DNA of 64,000 nucleotides from NCBI RefSeq assembly GCF_006345805.1, contig NC_043008.1, positions 42,284,001 to 42,348,000 of the forward strand, read 5' to 3'. Positions within the stretch are counted from its first letter, which is position 1; the number at the start of each line of letters is the position of its first letter. Of the stretch, positions 1 through 13,225 are shown in pieces. The stretch is from Octopus sinensis. Its lineage: Eukaryota. A program made the position numbers and the translations under genes. Below the pieces are notes generated by a model that saw only the letters and a program-made list of their open reading frames with translations, searched no databases and was not told where the DNA came from.

Positions 1-44
1 TAACACATGATGTTTGCATCTCTGCACGGCTCTGAATGATGCTG

Positions 45-258
45 GTTTCAAATTTTGGCAGGAAGCCAAAAATTTTGTGCGAGTTGATATATCGATTACA
101 TCAATGTTAATGCCCAACAGGTACTCATTTTATCGACCCCTAAAGGATGAGAGACAAAAATCAACCCGAGTTGAATTTGAACTCAGATCGTATAGATGTC
201 CGTAATGATGCTAAGCATTTTGTCAGGAATGCTAAGGATTTTGCCATTTCACCGCCTT
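45..258 (-). mobile_element. Diverged tRNA-derived SINE, family A (octopus OK/OR-type; exact family not verified)
   Basis: Reverse-complement match to the family A body (ttttatcgacccc-aaaggatga...tttgaactcaga) seen many times in the window. Confidence 0.7.
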
Positions 259-486
259 AACTGCATTAAATGAGGCTTGACACTGCCATACCCCTGTCCA
301 ATTGGGGTCCCTTAGCCTCACCTGCTGCTCTGGTAGGCTTTCAGGGAGGATAACCCTTCATTTTCGTTTGACTGATGAGGGCAAATCGCTCAGCTACGAC
401 GGCACATATTGTGAGATCTCTGGTGCCACCTTATCAGACCACACTTTCTTGATACCTTTTGCAACATGACACCTAGAACTGCTGCT

Positions 487-835
487 GTTGAGCGAAGCGG
501 TCTTCGCCCTAGAGGTCACAAGATCGCGCCTCTGTAGTGGGAGAAGTCCGAAACGTGGTCCTTTGCTATTCGTAAGACCCGCAGAAGAGAAAGCAGGTCA
601 ACCGCCGACACCGAGAGCATCGACTGATGGCTGAATGCACATCCAGGCTGAGCGGTTGCATAGGAAGCCGGGGACAAGAAACAGGAAGAAAGAGTGAGAG
701 AAAGTTGGGGCGAGAGAGTACAACAGGGGTCTCCACAACCCCCTGCCGGAGCCTCGGGAATTTTTAGGTGTTTTCACTCAATAAACACACACAACGCCCG
801 GTCTGGGAATAGAACTGCTGCTCTTCTCCTCCAGA
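487..835 (-). mobile_element. tRNA-derived SINE family B1, head truncated
   Basis: High identity by eye to 11688-12062 (gagcgaagcggtcttcg...gtccgaaacgtggtcctttgctattcgtaagacc...caataaacacacacaacgccc). Confidence 0.85.
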
Positions 836-1174
836 TTGCATCTGAAGGTGTTCAAATGGCAGGAAGAGCTCAGCGAGGCAGGGAGCTTGACCCAGGAGAT
901 ATCCTGGTGGTTCTTCTCATCGGTGGTTTTACCATTTTTTTCGCTTGACGTAAGAGAGACATGTTATTCAACAACGGTATTTTTGTATTTGTTTCTCTCA
1001 ATAATGTCCCAGTCAGAGTAAACAGGAAGAGAATTCTGAGAGGAAAGAATTCCTGAGAAATTCCCAAAATGTTCACGTACACTGGCAAGTGGTCAATATC
1101 GGATTATTAATTGCAGCCTGTCTATACAAGTTCAAGCACACACACACACACACAACACACACACACACACACAA

Positions 1175-1239
<65 letters not shown>

Positions 1240-1590
1240 CACACACACACGCATACACATTCACAGGAAAAGAGAGAAAGAGAGAAATATATACCCACAA
1301 ACTAAGAAACATATTTTGACACACACAAGCATAAAGATGTACACACACACAACATATATATATATATATATACATATAAATACATATATATACATACACA
1401 TGCATATATACATATATGTACACACACACATATATGAACATGTATATATCATATAAATGTATATGTGACTGAGTATGAATTCGCAAATCTCTCTTTTTCT
1501 CTCTTTCTGTATATATATATATGTATGTATGTATGTGTGTGTGTGTAGTGTGTGTGCGTTCGTGTGTATGTGCAAGTGTGTGTGTGTGGA

Positions 1591-1646
<56 letters not shown>

Positions 1647-2647
1647 AGCGTGTGCATCTACGTACGAATAAATACGTGGATAAATATAAGCAGAGACCAG
1701 TGGAGCTTTTTATTGGATTTATTCTCTATACACCTGACGACTATATTTAATTCGTCACCGTTCACATCCATGCTAGACACATTGTCAGCCGTATAAACCG
1801 CCTACCACCATTTTATTGCTAAATAAATTATGTTCTAAAATCGGAAATACATCGCTCTGTTGATTTTACACTTCTTAAACTTTACCATTTCTGAGTTCCT
1901 TTCTAAGAATCTCTCAGATTGACTTCTCTTGCACTTTGTCTAATTTCGTGTAATTCAATTACTACCTTACCAAAGTTTCCGATACTTTTTACGACATTCT
2001 GTGTTATATATTTGATAGAATATTGTTTTATTTTGGTCCTTCCTACTTCTCTCACTTCAATATACTTGTTATTTTTATGTAAATTTAGCAACCTCTGTTG
2101 GTTGTTTTAGAGATGACATACTAACCTCCATCTTTAAATGGAAGACGTTTTGTTAATAATAACATCTTGAACCGGATTTAGTTTCGAATTATAAGCCTTT
2201 ACTTCTAAGCCTATAAAGTTCGTATTTGAATTCAGCTGGGTAATTCGTTCACATCCAGAAATGAAACACCTGCTGACGACGGCAGATCTCACCGATCGAA
2301 ATATATGTAGATATAAAGGATGAGGTAGGGTTTCTCTTTTATGGTATCAAATAATTAGGAATTATTAAAATTCATCTTCGAAACTTACAGGGAGTGAGAG
2401 AGACGGGTGGGGAAGAGGAAGGACCGTGTAGTTTAATCATGAGGCTATGTACGAAGCTATGCATGTTTCTGAATCGACTCATAGGAGAGGAAGAGAGAAG
2501 GAGAGAGAGAAAGAGAAAAAGAGAAAAAGAGAGAGAAAGAGGACATGAAAGTGATGGAGAGAAAATCTTATGGTTTCACTTCACGTCTATTTATACTTAC
2601 AAAGTTAGAAAGGGGTAGAGAGAATGATATAGAGAAAGAGAGAAAGC

Positions 2648-2682
<35 letters not shown>

Positions 2683-4191
2683 GAAGGAAGGAGACAGAGA
2701 AGGAAAAATAGAGATCTGTTGTTTAACACTGCGTCTATTTACACATCAACCTAAGTGTATGTCTATGAATCTTGTCCCAATTTATTTAAACATGCTTAAA
2801 TAATTTGAAATCCGAAATTATTGATTTGAAAAACTGCCGACGATGCGGCAGAGAACTAAGTAGTTCACATAATTTTGCTGAAAATGTATATTTCGTTGTT
2901 TAACCTAAGGTGGGTCCAGTGAACCAAACATTGGAACCGTGACCGAAAACAGTATTGAAGAATTATCAGCTTGCCGCTAGATTTTCGTTCTGTCCATTGG
3001 CAGAACAATAACGAGAATCAAAGGAGAAATGTTTCATTGTTCAATCTTCAATGGAATCTTTTTGAGAAGTATGGTAGCAAAGGTGACATATTTTGTGTAT
3101 TGAGGTGATGTGCTATGGAGGAGTTTATTTGGAAATTGTACGGAATCCCAGCGGAGCAGTGCGAGAGAAGCGGCCTGAAGTATGGACAAACAAATAAAAG
3201 AAATATCAAAGCTGTACCACGAGAGCTCTCTTGCACCCGAGTCATATCTTACCTGTAAGGGTTTCCAAAAGCACCAATTATTGTTCCCAGTTTATCCAAC
3301 TCTGCTCTCTGCATGAGGTAGAGATCTTTTGTTATGGTTGTTTTGTTGGAACCCACCCTAAAAGGTCACTGACTTCAGACGATAGAACGCATCGAAGACA
3401 AATGCTTGCGAGAAATGTCACTTCTCTTACATAAAAGAAGAAAAACCCTCGTTCGAAGAGACGTTACAAAGCTGGGAAAAATTTCTTGTGAACAGTAAAT
3501 TTTCAGTAAATTTTCACAAATTGAAAGAGACAAGAAGGAAAGTAATAAATTTGTTTTGAAAATGTTCAGTGCAATATGAGAAAAGATTAAAAATCTAATA
3601 AACCAGAAGCTAATTCTATAAGCTAAATGAAGTTTCGATAACTATAGGAAATAAAAGAAAAACCAACCGATGAAATGCAGTTGACCAGAGACCAAGGCTC
3701 AAGGATATAGGTCAGCAGAGAAGAGATTCGTTGTAGGTTGTAAGGTATGGATTAGTTGTGACTGAGCAGAACGTTAGTAGCAGTTTATCAGCAGAATGAT
3801 TTAGCACAAACCAAAGACCGGTTTTCGTCTGCAGTTAAACTGTAGCGACAAGTTAGAGAAGAATACATTGCACATGGCAACATCCTGTGAATCGGGTTTG
3901 CGCTACATCGAGCTTGCCATTTTGTTCTATCTGTCTGTCTAGCTCTCTATTTGTCTGGCTATTTGTCTGGCTGTCTATCTATGCTTCTTTCTTTATTTAT
4001 TTCATCCATTCTTTATTTCTGTCATTCTTTTTAAACATTGTCCAATTCTCCAATTTAATCTTGGGTGGAGAAAAGGAAAGGTTAGTAAAACCATACAACC
4101 CCAAATGCGCGAGCGCAGTCACACGCGTGTGCACAAAAACATGCACATACACACACATACACGCGCACACGCATATGTGGTGTGTGTGTGT

Positions 4192-4223
<32 letters not shown>

Positions 4224-5421
4224 GGATAAATTGTATGCCGCGTGAGTTATTATATGAGAAAAAAGTCATTGCCTTCAGCGCTTATCTATTTCCTGTTTCT
4301 AAAGAAATGCTCCAAAGCAACCACTATGTCGTCTTCCACTTCTCATAGCGCAACATAATCAACTGAGAAAGAGAGAGAGAGAGAGAGAGGGGAGTGAGGG
4401 GGAAAGAGGAGAGAGAGAGGTGACAGAGAAGAGAGAGGTTGACGTCGTTCATCATTCGACCTTTAAATATCAAATTCTCGTTTGCGCTCGGTTGATTTGA
4501 AACTCACGTTCAGTTCCAACTATGTGCTCTTAATGAAATTATCAAACGTTTAGGGGTTTCCTCTTTACCACTGCATCTGCAGCTGGTAAATTTAAACTGT
4601 AAAGATGGCAAAAGACTGTTTCTTATCGAAATGTTCCCGTTTCCAAGCGCTAATTCTCTCTTCTAGGATGCTTTCTGCCGTTTTCTCCGGCGGTGCAACC
4701 AGCAACAATCGGTGCTAGGTCCGTCCTACATCACCTGACAGCCGAAAAATTGCAAAAAAAGAATAAAGCACCGACTGTTTTATTACGGTAGGTTTGTTTC
4801 CATTCCTACGACTGGGGAAATTCCCGGTGTCCTTCGGCCCACACCCGACGCCGACCCACAAACCTACTCAATGCTGTTTGTCTTGAGATTGCTCTTCATA
4901 GGAATGCGTGCCATGCTGTGGATTGCCAATCCTAAACGCAACTTTCCCATCATTCCTCTGGGCATTGCATTCCGCATTCCTTTCTCCGTAGACAATGAAT
5001 CATTTACATGCCGAGAGGTAATATAGATTCTCAGGAAATTTCAAATGTATTTCTTCAATTCTATCTGCAGTACAGTATTAGATTCCGAGAAATGGCAACA
5101 ATAATAAAAAGAATAGCAAAATTACAAGTAGAATGTGGTAGACAAGGAGAAAAATAGGATAAGTTTCATTGTGCAATGCGGATTAATTTAAAAATAACGA
5201 GTTAAAGGCATCGAATTTCTGGGGGAGGATACGAAAAAGAGAAATAATTCAAGAAAGGCAGAAAAGGAAATCGTTGGATTGAGAATATAAGAGACATGAA
5301 GAAAAAAGAGAATAATTTATATTGGACATAGGTGTGTGCGTTACATCTGTATAGATACATGTGTGAATGTGTACACACACACACATATATATATATATAC
5401 ACACACACCCCACACACACAC

Positions 5422-5470
<49 letters not shown>

Positions 5471-5591
5471 ATATATAGCGAGATAGATTTATGTCTCTCT
5501 CCTTATATAGATTTGTATATGTATTATATATATATATATATAGATACATACATACGTATATACATATATATATACATATATATACATATAC

Positions 5592-5645
<54 letters not shown>

Positions 5646-6285
5646 AATATATATATTTGTGTGTTCGTTTGTGGGTGATCCTCTGTGTGTGTTTGACTGT
5701 ACGTGTGTGTGTGTGTTTGTGTCAAGAAATTAAAAGAAACAGAATTCAGTTTGACGCTCAGCAGTTCTGAAACGAATGATAGCTTGCATACCTGCCTATG
5801 GTTATACATACACATATAATCATAGAAACAAAAAAAAAGCGCAAAACAAAAGAAAACAAGAAGCAAAACACAGACATATAACCACATAGATATATATGCA
5901 TATAAACATATAAGAATAGCGACAGACAAGAAAGCTGAAGTAACCGCATAGGGAATGTCTCGTACCATTACAGCGCCAAAGTTAAGGGTAACACGTATGA
6001 ACAGATTGATACAGATTTATTTGTCAATCAAGATAATCTTATATTTCAGTTCTTTAATCCATTTTTTAATCTATGCTGGGATCCATGTGATAGCATGTTT
6101 GGTCACGTGTTACTCCATGGTGATAACTTCTCTATTGAAGCTGGGAGATATTATTTCAGTTTAGAGAAGTTACGGAGCATGATGTCGATATGAAATCAAT
6201 TTTGACCGCCCTCAGAAAATGGTGTGATGACGTCGTCGCAACGTTGAGGTAGTGATTATATACATACATGTATATATATACATAC

Positions 6286-6402
<117 letters not shown>

Positions 6403-6558
6403 AAATTAACCAATAAAAATGGACGAAGACATACAAATTGATTTATATATTTAATAGTTTTGGGGTTGAAATTTAAATTAAAATATGTTTATATAATATG
6501 GTAAACAAGTTCATTGCAATAAAAAATGAGACGGCATTTCTGAAGAAAGACATACATA

Positions 6559-6721
6559 GGTGCAGGCGTGGCCGTGTGGTTAGAATCTTGCTTCCCAACC
6601 ACATGGTTCCGGGTTCAGTCCCACTGTGTATCATCTTGAGCGAGTGTCTTCTACTCTAGCCTCAGACCGACCAAAGCCTTGTGAGTGGATTTGGTAGACG
6701 GAAACTGAAAGAAGCCCACCG

Positions 6722-6725
<4 letters not shown>
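6559..6725 (+). mobile_element. tRNA-derived SINE family C (5' part)
   Basis: ggtgcaggcgtggccgtgtggtt (A-box-like), ggttccgggttcagtcccactg (B-box-like), gaccgaccaaagccttgtgagtggatttggtagacggaaactgaaagaagccc, shared with 32074, 43916, 47974 and 50833. Confidence 0.85.
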
Positions 6726-6752
<27 letters not shown>

Positions 6753-6948
6753 TGTGTGTGTGTGTGTGTGTGTTTGTGTGTGTTGTGTGTGTGTGTGTGT
6801 GTGTGTATAAATTAGAAAAAAATATCAATTCAACAATGAAATAATTAAATTATTTTAATATTTTTCTATATGGTATAATTTAATTATTTCCTGGTTGAAT
6901 TGATAAAAGGTGTTTTTTTTCTAATTTATATACATATATATGTGAGGA

Positions 6949-7410
6949 AATCGTCGTATACCCATCCGTGAATTATCAGAGGATGTACGGATTAATTATG
7001 GTTCAATTCAGTCCATTGTCAGTGTAGATTTTGGTATGAGACCTGTGCCTCTCAACTTTGCGCCAAAACTGCTTTCAGTTGACCAAAATGACACTTGGGT
7101 TTCAGTTACACAAGATCTCCTTGATTATGTTGAGAACCTTTTGAAGACTTTGCGTGGGCCCCTGAGTTAGGATTATCAAGCTTTTGGCAAAATTTGATGC
7201 GGATTCTCCGCTCAACTTTCCCTGTCATTGTCAATGCGACAGTCACCCGCTAGACATTTTCAAGTACGACAGTAAACAGCGGAGGTGAGCTAAGACGTTA
7301 AAAATTAGTATGCATGCAAACTGCGCCAAGCAGCGTTAGTCTGCGTTCTATAGATAAGATACTACGGCAACAGTCCGAATACTTATTAACCAGACCATAT
7401 ATCGTCGAAG
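6949..7410 (+). pseudogene. Internally deleted mariner relic (transposase HTH fragment plus probable 3' end)
   Basis: 6949-7170 translates to NRRIPIRELSEDVRINYGSIQSIVSVDFGMRPVPLNFAPKLLSVDQNDTWVSVTQDLLDYVEN, matching the mariner RRITIREL...LGMRRV..KFVPRLL region; followed by a mariner-like 3' noncoding stretch. Confidence 0.8.
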
Positions 7411-8694
7411 CGGACACAATACTGAAAATATGGACTATATATATATAAACATGCAGGTTGTTTACTGTATGATAATAAAATTCTTTCTGTCAGAGACGTG
7501 AAATGAATTGTTTTTCAAGCGTGCCATTCGAAGTAGATACAGCTATAAATAATACCGCATAAAAACCGGAGAGAAAGAGCCGAAGGCTGTCTTCAGGTCA
7601 CGAAGCCACATCTTTTAAAAAACATGACAGACGTCGCACCACTATACCAAACCAATCCTTCAAGTTCATCGATTTTATATGCTTTGTTCTCAGCAGTGAA
7701 GATTGTATATATTATTAATATCCTCAGAATTTTAAAGCGAATTTTTGTTGAGGGGACGTCCCCAATTAAAATATTATCAACAATTGGAGATTTATTCTAT
7801 TATAAAATTGTTTGACAGTCATTTTTGCTTAGGGACGAAATTTCTCTATCATCATATTTTCGGGTATATCATTTATTGGTGACTTCGGTACATTAATTGC
7901 TAATTACGCGCGGCAATATTCACACGGGTAAGGGAACAAAATCTGATAGATTATTTCTGCTCGATAAACTTCTAAACCATCAATTTTATTACATTTGCCT
8001 GGAATTGTAATTTTCTTGAAAAAGTCTAAATTTACCAAATTATTCAATTTATTATAAGATGTTTTCTCTTTTCAGAGATATTTTCACTTTGTAAGGTAAA
8101 TATTTGGCAACGAATCACAAATGTAAAATTAATTATTAAACTCATTAATGTAATTGGTTTTCTATATTATCTCCTCTAGAGTCTATTCAACTGCACTATT
8201 TCACTTTTAGCATTGAACTGTGGTTGCTTTATCTGCTAATGTACATGGATAACTGCTCCACATAAACACACCGGCGTACATATTCCGCCTTACATACAGG
8301 AAATACACACACACATGCGCACAGGCGGATACAAACATACAGATACATAAATACACTCACACACGTACACACATATATATACGTATATAATTTTCCTAAT
8401 GTACTTCCGTTAACTGGTACTCATTGAAACTTACAATATTCATTAATAAATGCATATATATATATACATATATACACACACACACATATATATACAACTA
8501 TATTTATATAATACGATACATAATTTATTTTTATATTTTATACAAATATAATGCGCGCACACACACACATATATATCTGTATATATATATATATTATATA
8601 TATATATATATATGATATATAATATATACCTTCATACCTATATTGTTTCTATATATACACACATACACAAACAGATATATATACATATATATAC

Positions 8695-8779
<85 letters not shown>

Positions 8780-9054
8780 CCTACGTCAGGTGTATGCATG
8801 TGCACGAAGCAGAGGGTGTTTGCATAATGTGTCAACGTTTGAAAACATTATATAACATTATGTGGAATAATACGTCGATTATATTTGAAAATGTCAATAA
8901 ATTTGTATTTCTAAAGACTTCCCTATTTCGATCTGCACCACGGTCGATACACATATACACACACACACTCACATACGTCATGCATCTAAACTGACATACA
9001 CATACACATACGCACATCTATCAATCAATCAATCAATCAATCTATCTATCTATA

Positions 9055-9158
<104 letters not shown>

Positions 9159-9742
9159 CACATATATACACGCACGTTTACAGTGAGCGAATATACCTGA
9201 CACCTAATACGTTTCATGTTCACAATCTAAAGGGAATACACTTCCATAACTGCGTGTGCATGTTTGTATGTGTGTATGTATGTACGTACGCATTTTCATA
9301 TGTATGTGTAGTCATATACACACACACACACACCCACACCTACACACACACACACGTTTATTCTTATATACATATACACGTTTACCTCCGCTAACAAAAC
9401 TCTTACGTATCACTATTCCGCTATTTCTTCCCTTTTAATGGAACGTGGAAGACTTAGACCTTTTCCTATATCTCACCCTAACGCACGACGGCTTTTACAT
9501 ACGATTTCTCTTGTTAAAAATGTTACGGATGAGTCTGTCTTCAGCTTTGTAGACTCTACAATCTGTCTTGTTTACGTTTTAAGATCTCCGTTACTAAGTT
9601 TGACATTTTGCATACAATCTCAAAGACACCGACATTAATCTCACCAGATTTCTTTTCCTGCACCATTTATACAAAACTATTTCTCATTGAATTTGTTCTG
9701 TCCTCTGACTTATGATCTTCCTGGCCTATATTTGGATACAGT

Positions 9743-10366
9743 GGATGCGCAATGGCCCGGTGGTTAGGGAAGAGGACTCGCTGTTGCAGCAACGTGGTAT
9801 CCATTCCAAGGCGGCGAGCTGGCAGAAACGTTAGCACCCCGGGCGAAATGCTTAGCAATATTTCGTCTGCGTTACGATGTGAGTTCAAATTCCGCCGAGG
9901 TCGACTTTGCCTTTCATCCTTTCGGGGTCGATAGATTAAGTACCAGTTACGCACTGGGGTCGATGTAATCGACTTAATACCTATGTCAGTCCTTGTTTGT
10001 CCCCCTCTGTGTTTAGCCCCTTGTGGGTAATACAGAAATAGGTATCCATTCCCAGACCGGGCGTTGCGAGTGTTTATTGAGTGAAATACCTAAAGCCCCA
10101 CGATGTTCCTGCAGGGATGGTGGAGACCCTTGCTGTACTCTTTCACCATAACCTTCCCTCACTCATTCTTCCTGTTTCTGTTGTACCTGTATTTCAAAGG
10201 GCCAGCATTGTCATACCTCTGTGTCACAATGAATCTCCCCCGAGAACTACGTTAAGAGTACACGTGTCTGTTGAGTACTCAGCCACTGCACGTTAATTTC
10301 ACAAGCACGCTGTTCCGTTAATCGGATCAGCTGGAAACCTCGTTGTCGCAACCGATGGAATACCAC
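9743..10366 (+). mobile_element. SINE family B2 interrupted by a family A SINE
   Basis: Head tggcccggtggttaggg at 9753; body resumes at 10053 (cagaccgggcgttgcgagtgtttattgagtg) and matches 56536-56903. Confidence 0.8.
9808..10040 (+). mobile_element. Full-length family A SINE with 12-bp target site duplication
   Basis: ggcggcgagctggcagaaacgttagc...gagttcaaattccgccgaggtcgac...gtttagccccttgtggg; GGTATCCATTCC duplicated at 9796-9807 and 10041-10052. Confidence 0.9.
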
Positions 10367-11687
10367 GAATATTTGGATACATCTTCCTTTAAACTCTAAT
10401 GGCGCATCTATGTCTTAGTTATAATAAATTATTTTTAATATATTTTGTTACTTGAATAATATATCTTTCTGTGTTCTAACATAATAGTGAAAGAAAAATT
10501 ACCTCTCCCACAGATTGTGCTAAGGAAGATGTTTTAGGGCTTTAATGCGAGTGCTATAGGTTAACCCATATTCATTTAACCAAGGTTTGAATAATTCTTC
10601 TCACAGCAATGTATGAAAATCACTCAATCAAAAATTCCTATTTAACCCAAGATATATCTACGAATATTCCAGATAATAAACACATTAAATTCGGAGAAAC
10701 CTGACATTTCACTTGAATTACCAAAATGATGAATTGCCAATGGCTTATGTTTTGAATCTTCAAAGAATTTGTTTCTAAAATTGAGATGACCTTCTACTAA
10801 TATATATTCACTTGCCATGTAATTCAAAGATTTTGGCGTCCATCGTTTCAAAAATCGCTCGCATATATTTAACATTAAACACCAGTTTTATTGGATATCC
10901 ATCTCTTTCAATAACACCCTTCAAATATTTTGTAAATCGCAATGGGAACCGATTAACAGGATGCTGATAAGCGGTTTATATTATCTATAGTGATGTTGAT
11001 GTTGCTGCTGCTGTAGTTGTTACTGTTTCTCTTCATTTCTCTATTATCCAAAATCTATGGACATTATAAAATTTCTTGAGCTATTCGAACCATTCATTAC
11101 AATCAATAAAAATTTGAGTTACTCAGCTTATTTTACCAAATCAATATCAATTCCGATTCCAAATCGGCGAACTAACAGATTATTTAGCATGCTGTCCAAA
11201 ATACTTGACGCTATTTGGCCCATCTTTACTCTCCAAGTTCAAATTCCGATGAGGTCAACTTTACCTTTCATTCCTTCGGGGTCGATAACATAAGTACCAG
11301 TTGAACACTGGGGTTGATATAATCGACTTAACCCCTCCATCCGAAATTACCGGACTCATGCCAGTATTAATTTCACCCCACCCCCTATCAAATGCTTTAG
11401 CACTCAGTCACACCATGATCTGCAATGGCGCTTATTAATACTGAAATATAAACTAATTCTTACCAAAGACGCTGACTGAAAACTTATTTACGACTATTCT
11501 TGTTTCTCTGCGTGTAACTTTTGGATTCAAAATGAAATGGTGAGAATTCCATTTTCTGATTATTGTTAGAAAACATGTTCTCCATGTATTTACTGTAGTT
11601 GTTGATGTTGTTGTTGTCATCGTTTTTCATCGACGTCGCTGATGTTATAGCTGCCATTGCCTCTGCTGCTGCTGCTTTGTTTGTTTG

Positions 11688-12062
11688 TTGAGCGAAGCGG
11701 TCTTCGTCCCAGAGCTCGCAAGATCGCGCCTCTGTAGTGGGAGAAGTCCGAAACGTGGTCCTTTGCTATTCGTAAGACCAGCAGAAGAGAAAGCAGTTCA
11801 ACCCCCGACACCGAGAGCATCGACGGATGGATGAATGCGCATCCAGGCTCAGCGGTTGCGTAGGAAGTCGGGGACAAGAAACAGTAAGAAAGAGTGAGAG
11901 AAAGTTGGGGCGAAAGAGTACAACAGGGGTCGCCACCACCCCCTGCCGGAACCTCGAGGAGCTTTAGATGTTTTCGCTCAATAAACACACACAACGCCCA
12001 ATCTGGGAATCGAAACCGCGATCCCCCGACCGCGAGTTCCCTGCCCTAACCACTGGGCCATT
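11688..12062 (-). mobile_element. Full-length tRNA-derived SINE family B1
   Basis: Minus strand begins TGGCCCAGTGGTTAGGGC (A box) ... GGTTTCGATTCCC (B box); body shared with 487-835. Confidence 0.85.
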
Positions 12063-12756
12063 ACGCCTCCACTTGCTGCTGCTACTGCTGCTGCTGTTTT
12101 GTAGCAGAAAGAACAGCAACTCCTGTACTTGTTGCTCTTTGTTATTAATGTTTATTCAGCATTCCCTTTGAGCTAAACTACAATCACTAACAGTCCAGAT
12201 CTGACCATCTCGTTTTTCTTTCAAGTACAGTGATAAGTAAGGCTAGGTTAAGTAATGTTCTGCTATTAATTTTAAAAGGGTAATGAGAGATTTGCTGGAT
12301 ATTTAGCTGTTATATATAGAAGGTCGATCGATAAAGATGTTCCCCCGACGGTTCGTTTAATCATGTAATTGGGATGTTGCCTAAAAACACACGAAAAAAC
12401 AGAAGAGTTAAGCCGAGCGTAGCATTTGTTAACGAAACGGAAACCGCTGATGGTTTCCTACACGGAAAATGAAACCAGCGGAACGAAGATTTGGGAATCC
12501 TTAGATGCATTCATAATGGGACAATGCACGCACACTCACACACACACACACACAAAAGCACATAAATACATACTCAAAAACACGTGCATATACATCCACG
12601 CATTCACATGCGTAAGTACAAACAGAAGTATATGTGTGTGTGATGTGCGTGTGGTGTATCTGCATATATACATACATATGTATCTCTATCTACCTATACA
12701 AATGCGTGTGAGAGCTGTATATATATATAATATATATATATATAGATATACCGGAG

Positions 12757-12900
12757 TAAACACATAAATGTGAAACAAGGTGGAAAAAAGAGTACTCAAA
12801 TACCAGTGGTAGAGTAATATGCTTTATTTAAAGCAGCAGAAAATTCGACATAACCTGTTACTCTGAGTTTCCCGTTGCCGTTCATCGGACAGTTTTTGCT
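12757..12900 (-). mobile_element. Penelope-like pseudo-LTR remnant with a minimal hammerhead-like motif
   Basis: Short unique segment beside a (TA)n tract; minus strand 12892-12855 reads ctgt-CCGATGA-a-cg-gcaa-cg-g-GAAA-ctc-a-gag-TA-acag. Confidence 0.5.
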
Positions 12901-12989
12901 ATATATAATATATATATATTTACAATATAGATATACGGATTCATACATAAACATATACATATATTTCTGTACATTTCATACATACAGAC

Positions 12990-13037
<48 letters not shown>

Positions 13038-13134
13038 TATATATATTATATATATAATATATATATATATATTATATATATATATATATTATATATATAT
13101 ATAAGCGAGAAAGAAGCAACAAGAATGGATAGGT

Positions 13135-13225
13135 TTTTAGTACAATCGTTTCATACAAGGACAGGCTTTATTAAAAGTTGTAAAAATTACAGCATATAAA
13201 CGTGTCCCGTACTCATCAGCTAAAA
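13135..13225 (-). ncRNA. Type I hammerhead ribozyme (left arm copy)
   Basis: Reverse complement of 13866-13956. Confidence 0.8.

Noticed and set aside
365-400. CTGATGAG at about 372 as a hammerhead
   Set aside because: No downstream GAAA, stem III or stem I partner.
532-562. gga-gaag-tcc-GAAAC-gtg-GTC in SINE B1 (also at 11740) as a hammerhead half
   Set aside because: Both copies have ctgtagtg instead of CUGANGA and no stem I; it is also antisense to the SINE.
2268-2315. CTGACGA...GAAA...GTA motif
   Set aside because: Stem I cannot form and stem II is out of register.
2900-3900. Purine-rich, coding-like stretch as a retroelement gag/ORF1
   Set aside because: All frames are broken by stops and no diagnostic motif (zinc knuckle, protease, RT) could be identified.
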